DNA of 64,000 bases from the NCBI GenBank assembly GCA_964449135.1, contig CAYUXZ010000006.1, positions 301 through 64,300 on the forward strand, in the 5' to 3' direction. The translations under genes were made by a program, and so were the position numbers. Source of the stretch: an uncultured Gammaproteobacteria bacterium. Lineage in GTDB: Bacteria > Pseudomonadota > Gammaproteobacteria > Xanthomonadales > Xanthomonadaceae. A model generated the notes under the pieces. It made no database searches. It saw nothing but the letters and a program-made list of their open reading frames with translations, and had not been told where the DNA came from. Below are positions 26,316-35,900 of this stretch, piece after piece; within the stretch, counting starts at the first letter, position 1, and each line of letters begins with the position of its first letter.

Positions 26316-27599
26316 CTACGCCTCGTGCAGCGCCACCGTCGTGCGGCCCGCGATCGCGAGCGCGAACAGCAGCAGCAGGCCCGCGAGCCAGAAGGTCGAG
26401 CCGATCCAGACGCCGTGGTCGTGCGAAACCTGTGCGAACAGGTGGGTGAACACCAGCGGCATGACGATCCCGGCGATGCTCTGCAGGCTGCTGACCGCGC
26501 CCTGCAGGCGGCCCTGCTCGCTGGGGCTGACGTGGTGGGTCATGATCGCCTGCGCCGCGGGTTGCGACACGCCCCAGAGCGCGGAGATCGGCATCGCCGC
26601 CCAGAACCAGTAACCGGTCGGCGCGAGACCGTACAACCCGAAACCGACCGCGCCGCAGGCCAGTCCGATCAGCAGGGTCTTGCGCTCGCCGAAGGACTTG
26701 ACGAAACGCTTGATCAATCCGCCCTGCACGATCGCCGCGAGCACGCCGACGATCGCGAGCGTCTTGCCGGCCATGTCCATGTTCCAGTGGAAACGCGTGT
26801 CCGCGTACAGCACGAAGGTGCTCGGATAGACCACGTGCGCGAAGAACATCAGCAGCAGCACGGCCGCCATGCCGAACAGCTCGTGGTGGCTGCGCAGCAG
26901 GCGCAGCGAAGCGAGCGGATTGGCCTTCGACCACTGGAACCTCGCGCGCCGTTCTGGCGGCAGCGATTCGGGCAGCACGAAGAAGCCGTAGCAGAAATTC
27001 GCCAGGCTCAGTCCCGCCGCGATCCAGAACGGCAGGCGCAGGTGCACCACACCGAGCCAGCCGCCGAGCGCGGGCGCGACGATGAAGCCGACGCCGAACG
27101 CGATGCCGATGATGCCGAACGCCTGCGCGCGCTTCTCCGGCGGCGTCACGTCGGCGATGTAGGCGCTCGCGGTCGAGAAGCTCGCCGCGGTGATGCCCGA
27201 GATCACGCGGCCGATGAACAGCAACGGCAAGGTGTGGACCATCGCCATGAACAGGAAGTCCACGCCGACGCCGAAATTCGACAGCAGCAGCACCGGCCGG
27301 CGACCGAAATGGTCGGAAAGCGCGCCCTGGATCGGCGAGCAGAAGAACTGCATCACCATGAACACGGTCGCCATCCAGCCGTACCACTGCGCGGCCGCCG
27401 AATCGCTGCCTCCCAGGAAACTCGCAATCAGGTGCGGCAGCACCGGGATGATCATCCCGAACGCGAGCATGTCGAGCAGCGCGGTGACGAAGACGAAGGA
27501 CACCGCGGCCTTGCGCACGCGCACGCCGGTGGGCTCCGCAACGGCGGATTCGGGTGTTTCGCTCACGTGGTTGTCGTTCCGGCGAGGCTGCGTGAACAC
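26316..27599 (-). CDS. MFS transporter, TCR/TetA-like family
   Basis: 427 aa with 12 predicted TMs. GALSDHFGRRPVLL (MFS motif A-like). Resembles tetracycline-resistance-type MFS proteins. The start (GTG at 27599) is uncertain. Confidence 0.8.
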   Translation of the reverse strand: MFTQPRRNDNHVSETPESAVAEPTGVRVRKAAVSFVFVTALLDMLAFGMIIPVLPHLIASFLGGSDSAAAQWYGWMATVFMVMQFFCSPIQGALSDHFGRRPVLLLSNFGVGVDFLFMAMVHTLPLLFIGRVISGITAASFSTASAYIADVTPPEKRAQAFGIIGIAFGVGFIVAPALGGWLGVVHLRLPFWIAAGLSLANFCYGFFVLPESLPPERRARFQWSKANPLASLRLLRSHHELFGMAAVLLLMFFAHVVYPSTFVLYADTRFHWNMDMAGKTLAIVGVLAAIVQGGLIKRFVKSFGERKTLLIGLACGAVGFGLYGLAPTGYWFWAAMPISALWGVSQPAAQAIMTHHVSPSEQGRLQGAVSSLQSIAGIVMPLVFTHLFAQVSHDHGVWIGSTFWLAGLLLLFALAIAGRTTVALHEA

Positions 27600-27630
27600 G
27601 CAGTCTAGCGCACCGGCGCGCCCGCTCGGC

Positions 27631-28239
27631 TCAACGCACCGAGCCGACGTCGATGAAACGCAGGAACTCCGCGCGCGTGCGCGCGTCCTCGCGGAAGCTG
27701 CCGAGCATCTTCGAGGTCACCATGCTCACGCCGCGCTTGTGGATGCCGCGCGTGGTCATGCATTCGTGCGCGCCCTCGATCACCACGCCCACGCCGCGCG
27801 GCTTGAGCACCGCGTCGATGCAGTTGGCGATCTGCGAGGTCATCTTCTCCTGCACCTGGAAGCGCCGTGCGTAGGTCTCGACCACGCGCGCGAGCTTGCT
27901 GATGCCCACCACCTTGCCGTCCGGCAGGTAGCCGACGTGGGCCTTGCCGATGATCGGCGCCATGTGGTGCTCGCAATGCGACTCGAACTCGATGTCGCGC
28001 AGCACGATCAGCTCGTCGTAGCCGCAAACCTGCTCGAAGGTGCGCGACAGGTACTCCTGCGGATCCTCGCCGTAGCCGGAGAACCAGTCGCGGTAGGCCT
28101 TGACCACGCGCCGCGGCGTGTCGAGCAGGCCTTCGCGCTGCGGATCCTCGCCGGCCCAGCGCAGCAGGGTGCGCACCGCGTCTTCGGCCGCTTCGCGGCT
28201 GACGGCGCTGTGCTCGGATGGCTTTTCGGGAACCGACAT
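27631..28239 (-). CDS. folE: GTP cyclohydrolase I
   Basis: 202 aa. [41 protein letters not shown] and HECMTTRG are the FolE type I signature. Confidence 0.95.
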   Translation of the reverse strand: MSVPEKPSEHSAVSREAAEDAVRTLLRWAGEDPQREGLLDTPRRVVKAYRDWFSGYGEDPQEYLSRTFEQVCGYDELIVLRDIEFESHCEHHMAPIIGKAHVGYLPDGKVVGISKLARVVETYARRFQVQEKMTSQIANCIDAVLKPRGVGVVIEGAHECMTTRGIHKRGVSMVTSKMLGSFREDARTRAEFLRFIDVGSVR

Positions 28240-28343
28240 GGGGATTCTCCCTTCAAGGTCGCGATGCTAACCCGCCGCGACGTCGTCCGGCGTGAAACGT
28301 GTGGAAAGGATCGTTTCGCGCGAATCCCGCCGCGCGCTGCGGA

Positions 28344-28982
28344 TCAGGCTTTTCGGCGACGGCGTACCGCCGCGGGTTCCGAGCGGCGCACGGGCTTGGC
28401 GGCCAGCGGCGCGAGCATCCAGTGGAAGGCGATCAGCTTGCCCCCGCTCGCGGGGCGCGTGGCGAGCAGCAGGTCGGCGAGCTGCCGCAGCAGCCGATTG
28501 ACCTGCGCGAGTTCGTCCGCGTCCACCCAGCCGCGCAGGCGTCCGGCCCAGATCTCGCGTGACGGGCCTTCGGCAATCGTGGACGGTTCGGCCAGCGCGC
28601 GCAGGAAGTCGCGCTGCGCGAGCCGCGACATGCTCTTGGCGACCTTGGCCACCGCCCTCGCATTCGCGGTCGCGCCGGGCTTGTAGCGCAGGCGCATGGC
28701 CTGCGCGTCGGTGACGGCCAGGCGATAACTGCGTCCCGCGCCACCGGATTTTTCCTCGAGCAGGCCACCGCGCACCAGCGCGCGCAGATGGTAGTACAGG
28801 CCATCGGCCGGGCGCCCGAGCTGCGCGGCCAGTTCTGCGACCGTCGCCTCGCCGCCCAGCGCCTGCGTCGCGGTCACCAGTTCCACGCGCACCGGCGTGG
28901 CGAAGACCGCGATCTTGCGCGGATCCTCGATCACCCCCGTTGCCTCGCGCGGGATTGCCCGCTCCGTTTTCTTCTGTGCCAT
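28344..28982 (-). CDS. winged-HTH (ArsR/SmtB-like) transcriptional regulator with C-terminal extension
   Basis: VRVELVTATQALGGEATVAELAAQLGRPADGLYYHLRALVRGGLLEE. The ATG at 28982 is preferred over the track GTG at 29009 because the latter would bury the AT-rich promoter/operator in coding sequence. Confidence 0.65.
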   Translation of the reverse strand: MAQKKTERAIPREATGVIEDPRKIAVFATPVRVELVTATQALGGEATVAELAAQLGRPADGLYYHLRALVRGGLLEEKSGGAGRSYRLAVTDAQAMRLRYKPGATANARAVAKVAKSMSRLAQRDFLRALAEPSTIAEGPSREIWAGRLRGWVDADELAQVNRLLRQLADLLLATRPASGGKLIAFHWMLAPLAAKPVRRSEPAAVRRRRKA

Positions 28983-28996
28983 CGGTTGGGTTGCTT

Positions 28997-29024
28997 TGTT
29001 GAAAAACACGCATATTATTCAACA
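28997..29024. promoter_or_regulatory. inverted repeat TGTTGAA-N14-TTCAACA overlapping a candidate promoter (TTGCTT-N16-TATTAT, 28991-29018, + strand)
   Basis: Read directly from the sequence. It lies in the divergent spacer between the wHTH regulator and the protease gene, in an AT-rich island. Confidence 0.4.
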
Positions 29025-29079
29025 CACGGACGGTCGTTGCAATCGCTGCGGCGACGCCGAGCCATGCCAGGAGCCGATC

Positions 29080-30945
29080 ATGCTGCGCCCCGTCGCCCTC
29101 TCCCTGCTCTCCGTCGCGATCGCCGCGGCCTGCCATGCCGAAGACGCGGCCGGCGTCTTCAGCCGCGCCAAGGCCGCCAGCGGCGGCGCGCGCTGGGACG
29201 CGGTGAAAAGCTGGCGCGCCGACGCCATCGCAAGCACCGGCGGCATGAGCGGCACGTTCCACCTCACCGTGGACACACGCGACGGCCGCTCCGCCAATGC
29301 CTACAAGATCGGGCCGGTCGAGGGCGCCGAGGGCTACGACGGCGCGCACAGCTGGGAACGCGACCCGGGCGGCGAAGTCGCCCTGCTCGATGCGCCCGCG
29401 GCCGTTCGTCGCGCGCGCAACGACGCCTGGGTCAATGCACACGGCTACTGGTATCCCAAGGCGATGCCCGCAACCTGGGGCGAAGCGACGCCGAAGACGA
29501 TCGAAGGAAAATCCTACGATGTCATCGTTGCGACGCCGACGGGCGGCGATCCGGTGACGCTCTGGTTCGACCACGGCAGCGGCCTGCTTGCGCGCGTAGC
29601 CGAACCGCAGGGCGCGGCCGTCGCGACCACGGTCTATGACGACTACCGCCTCGTGGATGGCGTGCGCCTACCGTTCCACGCGACCGTGGACGTGACCGAC
29701 GCCGCCGGTCGTACCGACCCGCGCGACCACAGCGACATCCGTTTCGAAAAGATCGCGCTCAACGTCGCGATCGCCGACGCGGACTTCGCGATGCCTACGA
29801 TGGCGGCGACCGCGCGCATCGACAATCCCGCGGGCATCACCGCGATCTCCTTCGACCTCGTCAACAACCACATCTACGCGGACGGCAGGATCGACGGCAA
29901 GCCGGCGCGCTTCCTCGTTGACACCGGCGGCACCAACCTGCTCACGCCCGCGGCGGCGAAGAAGTTCGGCCTGACCGGCGAGGGCAAGCTGGCCGGGCGC
30001 GGCGTGGGCGACGACGCAGTCGATCTCTCGCTCGCACACGCCGGCGAAGTGCGCGTCGGCGACGCGGTACTCGCCAAGCCGGTGTTCTACATCGTCGATC
30101 TCGGCGACCTGGCGAAGGTCGAGGGCGTGCCCGCCGACGGCCTGGTCGGCTACGAGATGTTCCGCCGATTCGGCGTCGAGATCGACTACGCGCACCGCCG
30201 CCTGGTGCTGAGCGATCCTGCCAGGTTCACGCCGCCTGCGGGCGCGACCGCGATTGCGTTTCAGCTCGACGACCGGATTCCGATCGTGACCGGCACGCTC
30301 GACGGCCTGCCGATGCGCATGAGCGTTGACACCGGCTCGCGTTCGTCGCTGACGCTGCACGCGCCGTTCGCGCGCGACAATCACCTTGTCGAGAAATACC
30401 ACGCCGCGCCGGAAGCGGTGATGGGTTGGGGCGTCGGCGGCGCCTCGCGCAGCCGCCCCGCGCGCTTCGGCACGCTGGTGATCGGCGATGTGCGCGTGGA
30501 CGGCATCGCCGGCGACATGTACCTCGGCAACAAGGGCGCGTTCACCGACCCGAACCTCACCGGCAACCTCGGCGGCGGCGTGCTGCATCGTTTCGATGTC
30601 GCTTTCGACTATGCGAAGAAGCGGATGTACCTCGCGCCCAACGCGGACGCCGGCAAGCCCGATGCGTTCGATCGCAGCGGCCTGTGGCTGCTCGGTGACG
30701 GCGATGCGTTCAAGGTCGTGGACGTCGCCGAGGGCAGCGCGGCGCAGAAGGCCGGCATCCGGAACGGCGACCGCGTGCTCGCGATCGGCGGCGAAGCGAT
30801 CGGCGCGCGCGCGCTGGCCGACTGGCGCGAACGCCTGCGCACCACGCCGGCCGGCACGCACCTGGCGCTGCGTTTCCAACGCGGCGGCAAGGAACAGACG
30901 ATCGATCTCGTGCTCGCCGATCGCATTCCTCCGGGGAAACTCTGA
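29080..30945 (+). CDS. secreted retropepsin-like aspartyl protease (two DTG domains) with C-terminal PDZ
   Basis: ATG at 29080 after AGGAG. Signal peptide MLRPVALSLLSVAIAAACHA. FLVDTGGTNLL and MSVDTGSRSSL are two Asp-Thr-Gly motifs. PDZ-like FKVVDVAEGSAAQKAGIRNGDRVLAIGGE. Confidence 0.75.
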   Translation: MLRPVALSLLSVAIAAACHAEDAAGVFSRAKAASGGARWDAVKSWRADAIASTGGMSGTFHLTVDTRDGRSANAYKIGPVEGAEGYDGAHSWERDPGGEVALLDAPAAVRRARNDAWVNAHGYWYPKAMPATWGEATPKTIEGKSYDVIVATPTGGDPVTLWFDHGSGLLARVAEPQGAAVATTVYDDYRLVDGVRLPFHATVDVTDAAGRTDPRDHSDIRFEKIALNVAIADADFAMPTMAATARIDNPAGITAISFDLVNNHIYADGRIDGKPARFLVDTGGTNLLTPAAAKKFGLTGEGKLAGRGVGDDAVDLSLAHAGEVRVGDAVLAKPVFYIVDLGDLAKVEGVPADGLVGYEMFRRFGVEIDYAHRRLVLSDPARFTPPAGATAIAFQLDDRIPIVTGTLDGLPMRMSVDTGSRSSLTLHAPFARDNHLVEKYHAAPEAVMGWGVGGASRSRPARFGTLVIGDVRVDGIAGDMYLGNKGAFTDPNLTGNLGGGVLHRFDVAFDYAKKRMYLAPNADAGKPDAFDRSGLWLLGDGDAFKVVDVAEGSAAQKAGIRNGDRVLAIGGEAIGARALADWRERLRTTPAGTHLALRFQRGGKEQTIDLVLADRIPPGKL

Positions 30946-30957
30946 ACATGTTCAGAG
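30940..30957. repeat. perfect 18-bp palindrome CTCTGAACATGTTCAGAG spanning the protease stop codon
   Basis: Verified to be its own reverse complement. The TGA at 30943-30945 is inside it. Confidence 0.9.
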
Positions 30958-31015
30958 ATTCCTGCGGTGCACGGACGCACCGCCGCGGGCAACGGCGCTA
31001 GTCGTTGATCCGCGG

Positions 31016-31048
31016 GCATCGAGTCCGGACATGTGCCGGACTCGATGC
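31016..31048. repeat. 13-bp-stem hairpin GCATCGAGTCCGG-ACATGTG-CCGGACTCGATGC
   Basis: Perfect complementarity checked by hand. No flanking T- or A-tract. Confidence 0.9.
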
Positions 31049-31049
31049 C

Positions 31050-31080
31050 TCTGAACAAGTCCACGATGGACTTGTTCAGA
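31050..31080. repeat. 13-bp-stem hairpin TCTGAACAAGTCC-ACGAT-GGACTTGTTCAGA
   Basis: Perfect complementarity checked by hand. It shares the 9-mer CTCTGAACA (31049-31057) with the palindrome at 30940-30948. It lies 12 nt from the recD stop. Confidence 0.9.
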
Positions 31081-31092
31081 TCTTCCAAAAGA

Positions 31093-32925
31093 TTAAGCGC
31101 GCGCGAAGCGTTCGGACAGGCCCGATTCGCGCTGGTTCCGGCGCTCGACCGCGAGCCGCAGCACGTCCTCGCGCGCCCACAGGTCGAGGCCGCTGCGGCA
31201 ACGGGTGATGCCGGTGTAGAGCAGTTCGCGGCCAAGCACGCGCGCGTCGCGATCGGGCAACGCGAGCAGCACGCGCTCGAACTCCGAGCCCTGCGCCTTG
31301 TGCACGGTCAACGCCCAGGCCGAGGCGTGCGCGGGAAGTTGCGCGGGCGCCCAGGCGCGCAGGCCGTCGCGGGTTTCGAACCACACCGCGAGCGATCCCG
31401 CGCCATCGCGCAGCACGACACCGGTATCGCCGTTGAACAGACCCTGGCGATAGCTGTTCTCGGTGACGATCAGCAACCGGCCGTGGAAAAACGCCGCGTC
31501 GCTGCCGGTCCGCAATGCGTCCGCGATCCAGGCATTGAGATCCTCGCTGCCGGCGGGACCTGCGCGCACCGCGGTGAGGATGCGCAGTGCGCGCGCCAGG
31601 CGCAGCGCCTGCGCGGGATCGTCGGCCTGCGCGAGCGCGCGGAACACGGGCAATGCGTGCTCACGCAACCACGCGGGCAATGCCCGTTCGCCATCAAAGT
31701 GCCAGCGCACGCCTTCGTATCGCTGCGCGAGCAAGCCGGCGATCGCGGCTTCGGCGTCGCCCTCGCGCACCGCGGACGCGAACGGCGCGAGGTCGAGGCC
31801 CGCATCGTGCCGGTAGCTGCGCACGAGCTCGACGCGATGGCCCGCGAGCACACTTTTCGGCGCTCCACAAACCGGAACCGTCGCGCCAATCCATGCAGAC
31901 GCAATGGTCGCGAACGCCTGCGGGAACGCGCGGCCATCGCCCGCGGCATCGCAGAGCGCAGCGAGCACATCGCCCGTCTCGATCGAGGCGAGCTGGTCGC
32001 GATCGCCCAATAACAGCAGCTTCGCATCGGGTGCGACCGCTTCGACGAGCTTGCACATCAGCGGCAGGTCCACCATCGAGGCCTCGTCGATCACGACCAC
32101 ATCGGCGCGCAGCGGGTGTTCCGCATCGTGGTGGAAATGCACGCTGTCCGCGCGCCAGCCGAGCAGGCGATGCACGGTCTGCGCGGGAACGCGCAGCGAC
32201 TGCGCGAGCGCGGCGTCGATGCGTCCGGCGTCGTGCAGGCGATCCAATCCTTCGCCGAGCGCCTCGGACAGGCGTGCAGCCGCCTTGCCGGTGGGCGCGG
32301 CGAGTTCGACCCGCGGAGACGGCAAACCCGCGGCGCGCGCCTGTTCGTGCAGCAGCACCAGCAACGCTGCTACGGTGCTGGTCTTGCCGGTGCCCGGTCC
32401 GCCGGTGATCAGCGCGAGTTTCGCGGACAACGCGAGCTGCGCGGCCAGCGACTGCATCGGATCGGCATCGGCGAACAATTCCGAAAGCCGCGCACGCAGC
32501 GTTCCGGCATCGTCCTGAACGACCGGCGCTGTCGCGCGCTGGCGCAGCGCGCGCGCGAGCCGCACTTCGTAATTCCAGTAGCGCCGCAAGTACAGGCGGC
32601 CGCGTTCCAGCACCAGCGGCACGCCGACAGCGGCAGCGCCCGCATCCGCATCGGCGATCCAGCGCGACGCGCGCAGCATCGTCAGCCACGCATCGGTCTC
32701 CGGCAAAGCCGCGATCGGAGGCTGCGGCGCGAGCGTCTCGATGAATGTTGCGATCGCGTCCATGCGCAGAGCTCCGTGGCCTTCTGCGACCGCGCGGCTC
32801 GCGAGCGCGGCGGCGGCGAGCACGCCGTCCGGCGTGTCCGGCTTCAGCCGCTGCAAGGTCATCGCAAGCGCGTGATCGAGCGCGCGCAGGCAGCAGCCGG
32901 CGTGGAGGGCACGCAACAGGCTCAT
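31093..32925 (-). CDS. recD: exodeoxyribonuclease V alpha subunit
   Basis: 610 aa from the ATG at 32925 (ATGA overlap with the recB stop). Walker A ITGGPGTGKTS, DVVVIDEASMVD, LLLLGDRDQLASIE, TVHKAQGSEF. Confidence 0.9.
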   Translation of the reverse strand: MSLLRALHAGCCLRALDHALAMTLQRLKPDTPDGVLAAAALASRAVAEGHGALRMDAIATFIETLAPQPPIAALPETDAWLTMLRASRWIADADAGAAAVGVPLVLERGRLYLRRYWNYEVRLARALRQRATAPVVQDDAGTLRARLSELFADADPMQSLAAQLALSAKLALITGGPGTGKTSTVAALLVLLHEQARAAGLPSPRVELAAPTGKAAARLSEALGEGLDRLHDAGRIDAALAQSLRVPAQTVHRLLGWRADSVHFHHDAEHPLRADVVVIDEASMVDLPLMCKLVEAVAPDAKLLLLGDRDQLASIETGDVLAALCDAAGDGRAFPQAFATIASAWIGATVPVCGAPKSVLAGHRVELVRSYRHDAGLDLAPFASAVREGDAEAAIAGLLAQRYEGVRWHFDGERALPAWLREHALPVFRALAQADDPAQALRLARALRILTAVRAGPAGSEDLNAWIADALRTGSDAAFFHGRLLIVTENSYRQGLFNGDTGVVLRDGAGSLAVWFETRDGLRAWAPAQLPAHASAWALTVHKAQGSEFERVLLALPDRDARVLGRELLYTGITRCRSGLDLWAREDVLRLAVERRNQRESGLSERFARA

Positions 32926-35900
32926 GCGGCGCTCCGCGCGTTCGCGCCGAACAGTGCATCGAGCGCCTCGATCAGCTCGCGCGACGGGCGCTGCGCATGG
33001 ATGCCCGCGCCGCTCTCGTCCAGCCCGCGGCAGAACAGATAACGCGCGCCGCCGACGTGGGTGTCGTAATCGTAGGCCTCGCCCAAACGGAAGCGCAGCC
33101 AGCGATGCAGTGCCAGCGTATAGATCAGCGCCTGCAGGTCGTACTCGGATTCGCGCATCGCTTCGGCGAGCGCGTCCGCGCCGTAATCGGACAGGCGATT
33201 GGATTTGTAGTCGAGCACGTGGAATCGGCCGGCGTGTTCGTACACCAGGTCGATGCGCCCGGTCATCAGGCCTTCGATCCGTCGTCGCGATCCGAATCCG
33301 TTGCGCGCGCTGGCGATTCCGTGTGCGTGCAGCAGCGCGATCAGGCGATCGATGTCGACCGGCGCCAGCGCGAAGTGGAATTCCATCTCCGCGCGCCGCG
33401 CTTCGACTGGCAGGTCGCACAGGCGCCTGCCCTCGGGCAGGCGCGCGTGCAGCGTGGCGCGGATCATCCGCACGAGCAACGGCACGCCTTCGGCGAGATC
33501 GGCCTCGGCATAGCCTTCGCGGCGCAGTGCGGAAGCGAGGATCTCTTCGTCGCCCGACGGTGGCGCATCCGCCGCGGCGTCGCGCCAGCGCGCGAAATCC
33601 AAGCGCTCGAGCGCCGAATGCAGGGCATTGCCGAACCGCGTTCCCGCGAAGCGCGTGTCCGCCGCGCCCGCGGTTTCATCCGCCGCGCCACGCTCGTCGG
33701 CGTTTTCGCCGCCGGCATCTTCGCGCTGGAGCGAGGAGAAGCTGTAAACCCACCAGTCGCGCCGCAACGCGCGCCGCGCGATCCGCGCGGGCGGCGGCGG
33801 GGTCGCGGTTTCCGGAGGCAGCCGACTCGGCACGTCATCCGGCAGCTCGCCTTCATCCACCGCGATTCCATCGAGTGCGCGCAACGCATCGAGATCGCCG
33901 AGCATCGGCGCGAGCGGCGTGTTTCCCGATGCGTGCAACGGCCCGCTGGCCAGCCACAGCGCGTGCTGCGCACGGGTCAGGCCGACGTAGAGCAGGCGCG
34001 CGTCCTCTGCGGCGTCTTCGGTCCGCGATGCGGCGACCGCGTCTTGCCAATCCGGATCGCTCGCGTCGGCCGGTTGCAGGCGCAATACGCGTCCGTTCTC
34101 ATCGTGGTATTCGCAATAACGCCCGACGCTGCGGCCGCCGCCGCCGATCGCCGCAAACGGCAGGAACACCAGCGGGAATTCCAGTCCCTTGCTCTTGTGC
34201 AGGGTGAGGATCTGCACGCAGCGCGCGTCGGATTCGAGCCGCAGCTGCGCGGCCTCGTCCTCGTCGTCGGCCTGCGCGATCCGCGAACGCAGCCAATCGA
34301 CAAGCCCGCGCAGCGCCGGCACGCGCAAGGAGGCCTCCTGCAGCAGCTCGCCGAGCTGCATCGCATCGGTGAGGCGACGCTCGCCATCGTCGCGGGCGAG
34401 CAGGCGCGGCGCATTGTCCGCGCACCGGTCCGCGATCAGCGGCAGCGGGCCATGCCGTTCCCAGCGCTCGCGCCAGCCCTGAGCGCGCAACTGCCAGTCG
34501 CGCCGCGCTTCGTCGTCGGCATCCAGGCGCGCGATCGCTTCGGCGTCCTGGCCGAGCAGCACGGTTGCGAGCGCCGCGCGCAGCCGCGCTTCGTCGCCGG
34601 GCCGCTGCAAGGCTTCGAACAGAGTCAGCAATTCCTGCGCGGCCTCGCTCGCGAACACGCTGCGCTTGCCGGCGGCGACCGCGGGAATGCCCGCCGCGAC
34701 CAGCGCCGCGCGCACCTGCGTCGCTTCGGCGTGCTTGCGCACGAGCACGGCGATATCGCCGGCGCGCAGCGCACGCGGCGATTGGTCCGCCTTGGGCCGG
34801 ATGCTCGCGCGGCCCGCGCGCGCATCCTGCAGCAGCGCATGGATGGCCTCGACGCAGGCCGCGGTCGCGTGCGCGCGCGAATCGCCCGCGTTCCACGGCT
34901 CGCCATCGCCCTGCGCCGGCAGCCGGCGCAGGGTCAATGCGGGCGCAACGGTGCCGGCGCGCAGGAAATCGGCATCTGCGACGCTACCTCCGGCTTCCAC
35001 CGCGCGGAAACGGATGCGGCTGTCCACGAAGGCGACGGCGCCGGCCTGCGCGTACAGCGCGTCGATCGCGCGCAGCAGCACCGGCCGCGAACGGAAGTTG
35101 TGCGTCAGCGCAGGCGCGGGCGATGCCTCGCGCGCGGCCGCGAGGTAGGCGTGCACGTCGCCGCCGCGGAACCGGTAGATCGCCTGCTTGGGGTCGCCGA
35201 TCAGAAACAGCGTGGATTCGCCGAACACATGCCGGAAGATCGTCCACTGCCGCTCGTCGGTGTCCTGGAATTCATCCACGAGCGCGGCTGCGTGCTTCTT
35301 GCGCAGGCATTCGGTGAGCGCCGGACCCTGCTCGCCGCCAAGCGCATCGAAGACCGCGTCGATCAGGTCGTCATAGGTGCGCACGCGCAGTTCGCGCTTG
35401 CGCCGTTCGATCAGCGTGGCTGCTTCGGTGCGCGCGCGATGCATCAGGGCGAGGCGGCGGTCGGCGAGCCAGGCCTGTCGAGCCCCTTCGGCCGCTAGGT
35501 ATCGCGCGACCGCTTCGAACAAAGGCGATTGCGGCGTCACTTTGCCCTTGTTGGTCTTCGCCGAGAGATGTTCCGGCGCGAGCAACCCGAGGCGAGCATC
35601 CGGCGGGGGGGCGGATTCCTGCGCTGCCCAGAAGCGCAACGTGCGCCACAGGGTGTCGATCGCGGCCGCTTTGTATGAATTGGCGTTCAAGGCCTTCGCC
35701 GCGATCGCCGCGTCGAGCAACGCGCGCGCAGTGTCGCCATGCGTCGCGAATACGGCGCGCAGATTTCCAGCCGCACGCTGCACCTCGGGCAACGGGTCGG
35801 GCGTTTCCGGCGGCACTGCCGGCAGCATTCGCTGCGCACCGAGCAGGACGTGCAGATCCTTCGCGAGCGCCGGCGGATCCTTCCACTGCTGCTGCATCAG

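Noticed and set aside
30940-30957. GAAC/GTTC half-sites in the palindrome as a possible LexA (SOS) box next to recD
   Set aside because: The spacing is GAAC-N2-GTTC, not the GAAC-N4-GTTC of Cheo-type boxes, and it does not resemble the TTAG-N-TACTA-type box I recall for Xanthomonads. It also lies at the 3' ends of two convergent genes, where no promoter is expected.
32745-35498. 917-aa plus-strand ORF, together with the many 150-600-aa ORFs across 31-40 kb
   Set aside because: They are antisense to or frame-shifted relative to recD/recB/recC, which have complete helicase/nuclease motifs and ATGA-coupled junctions.
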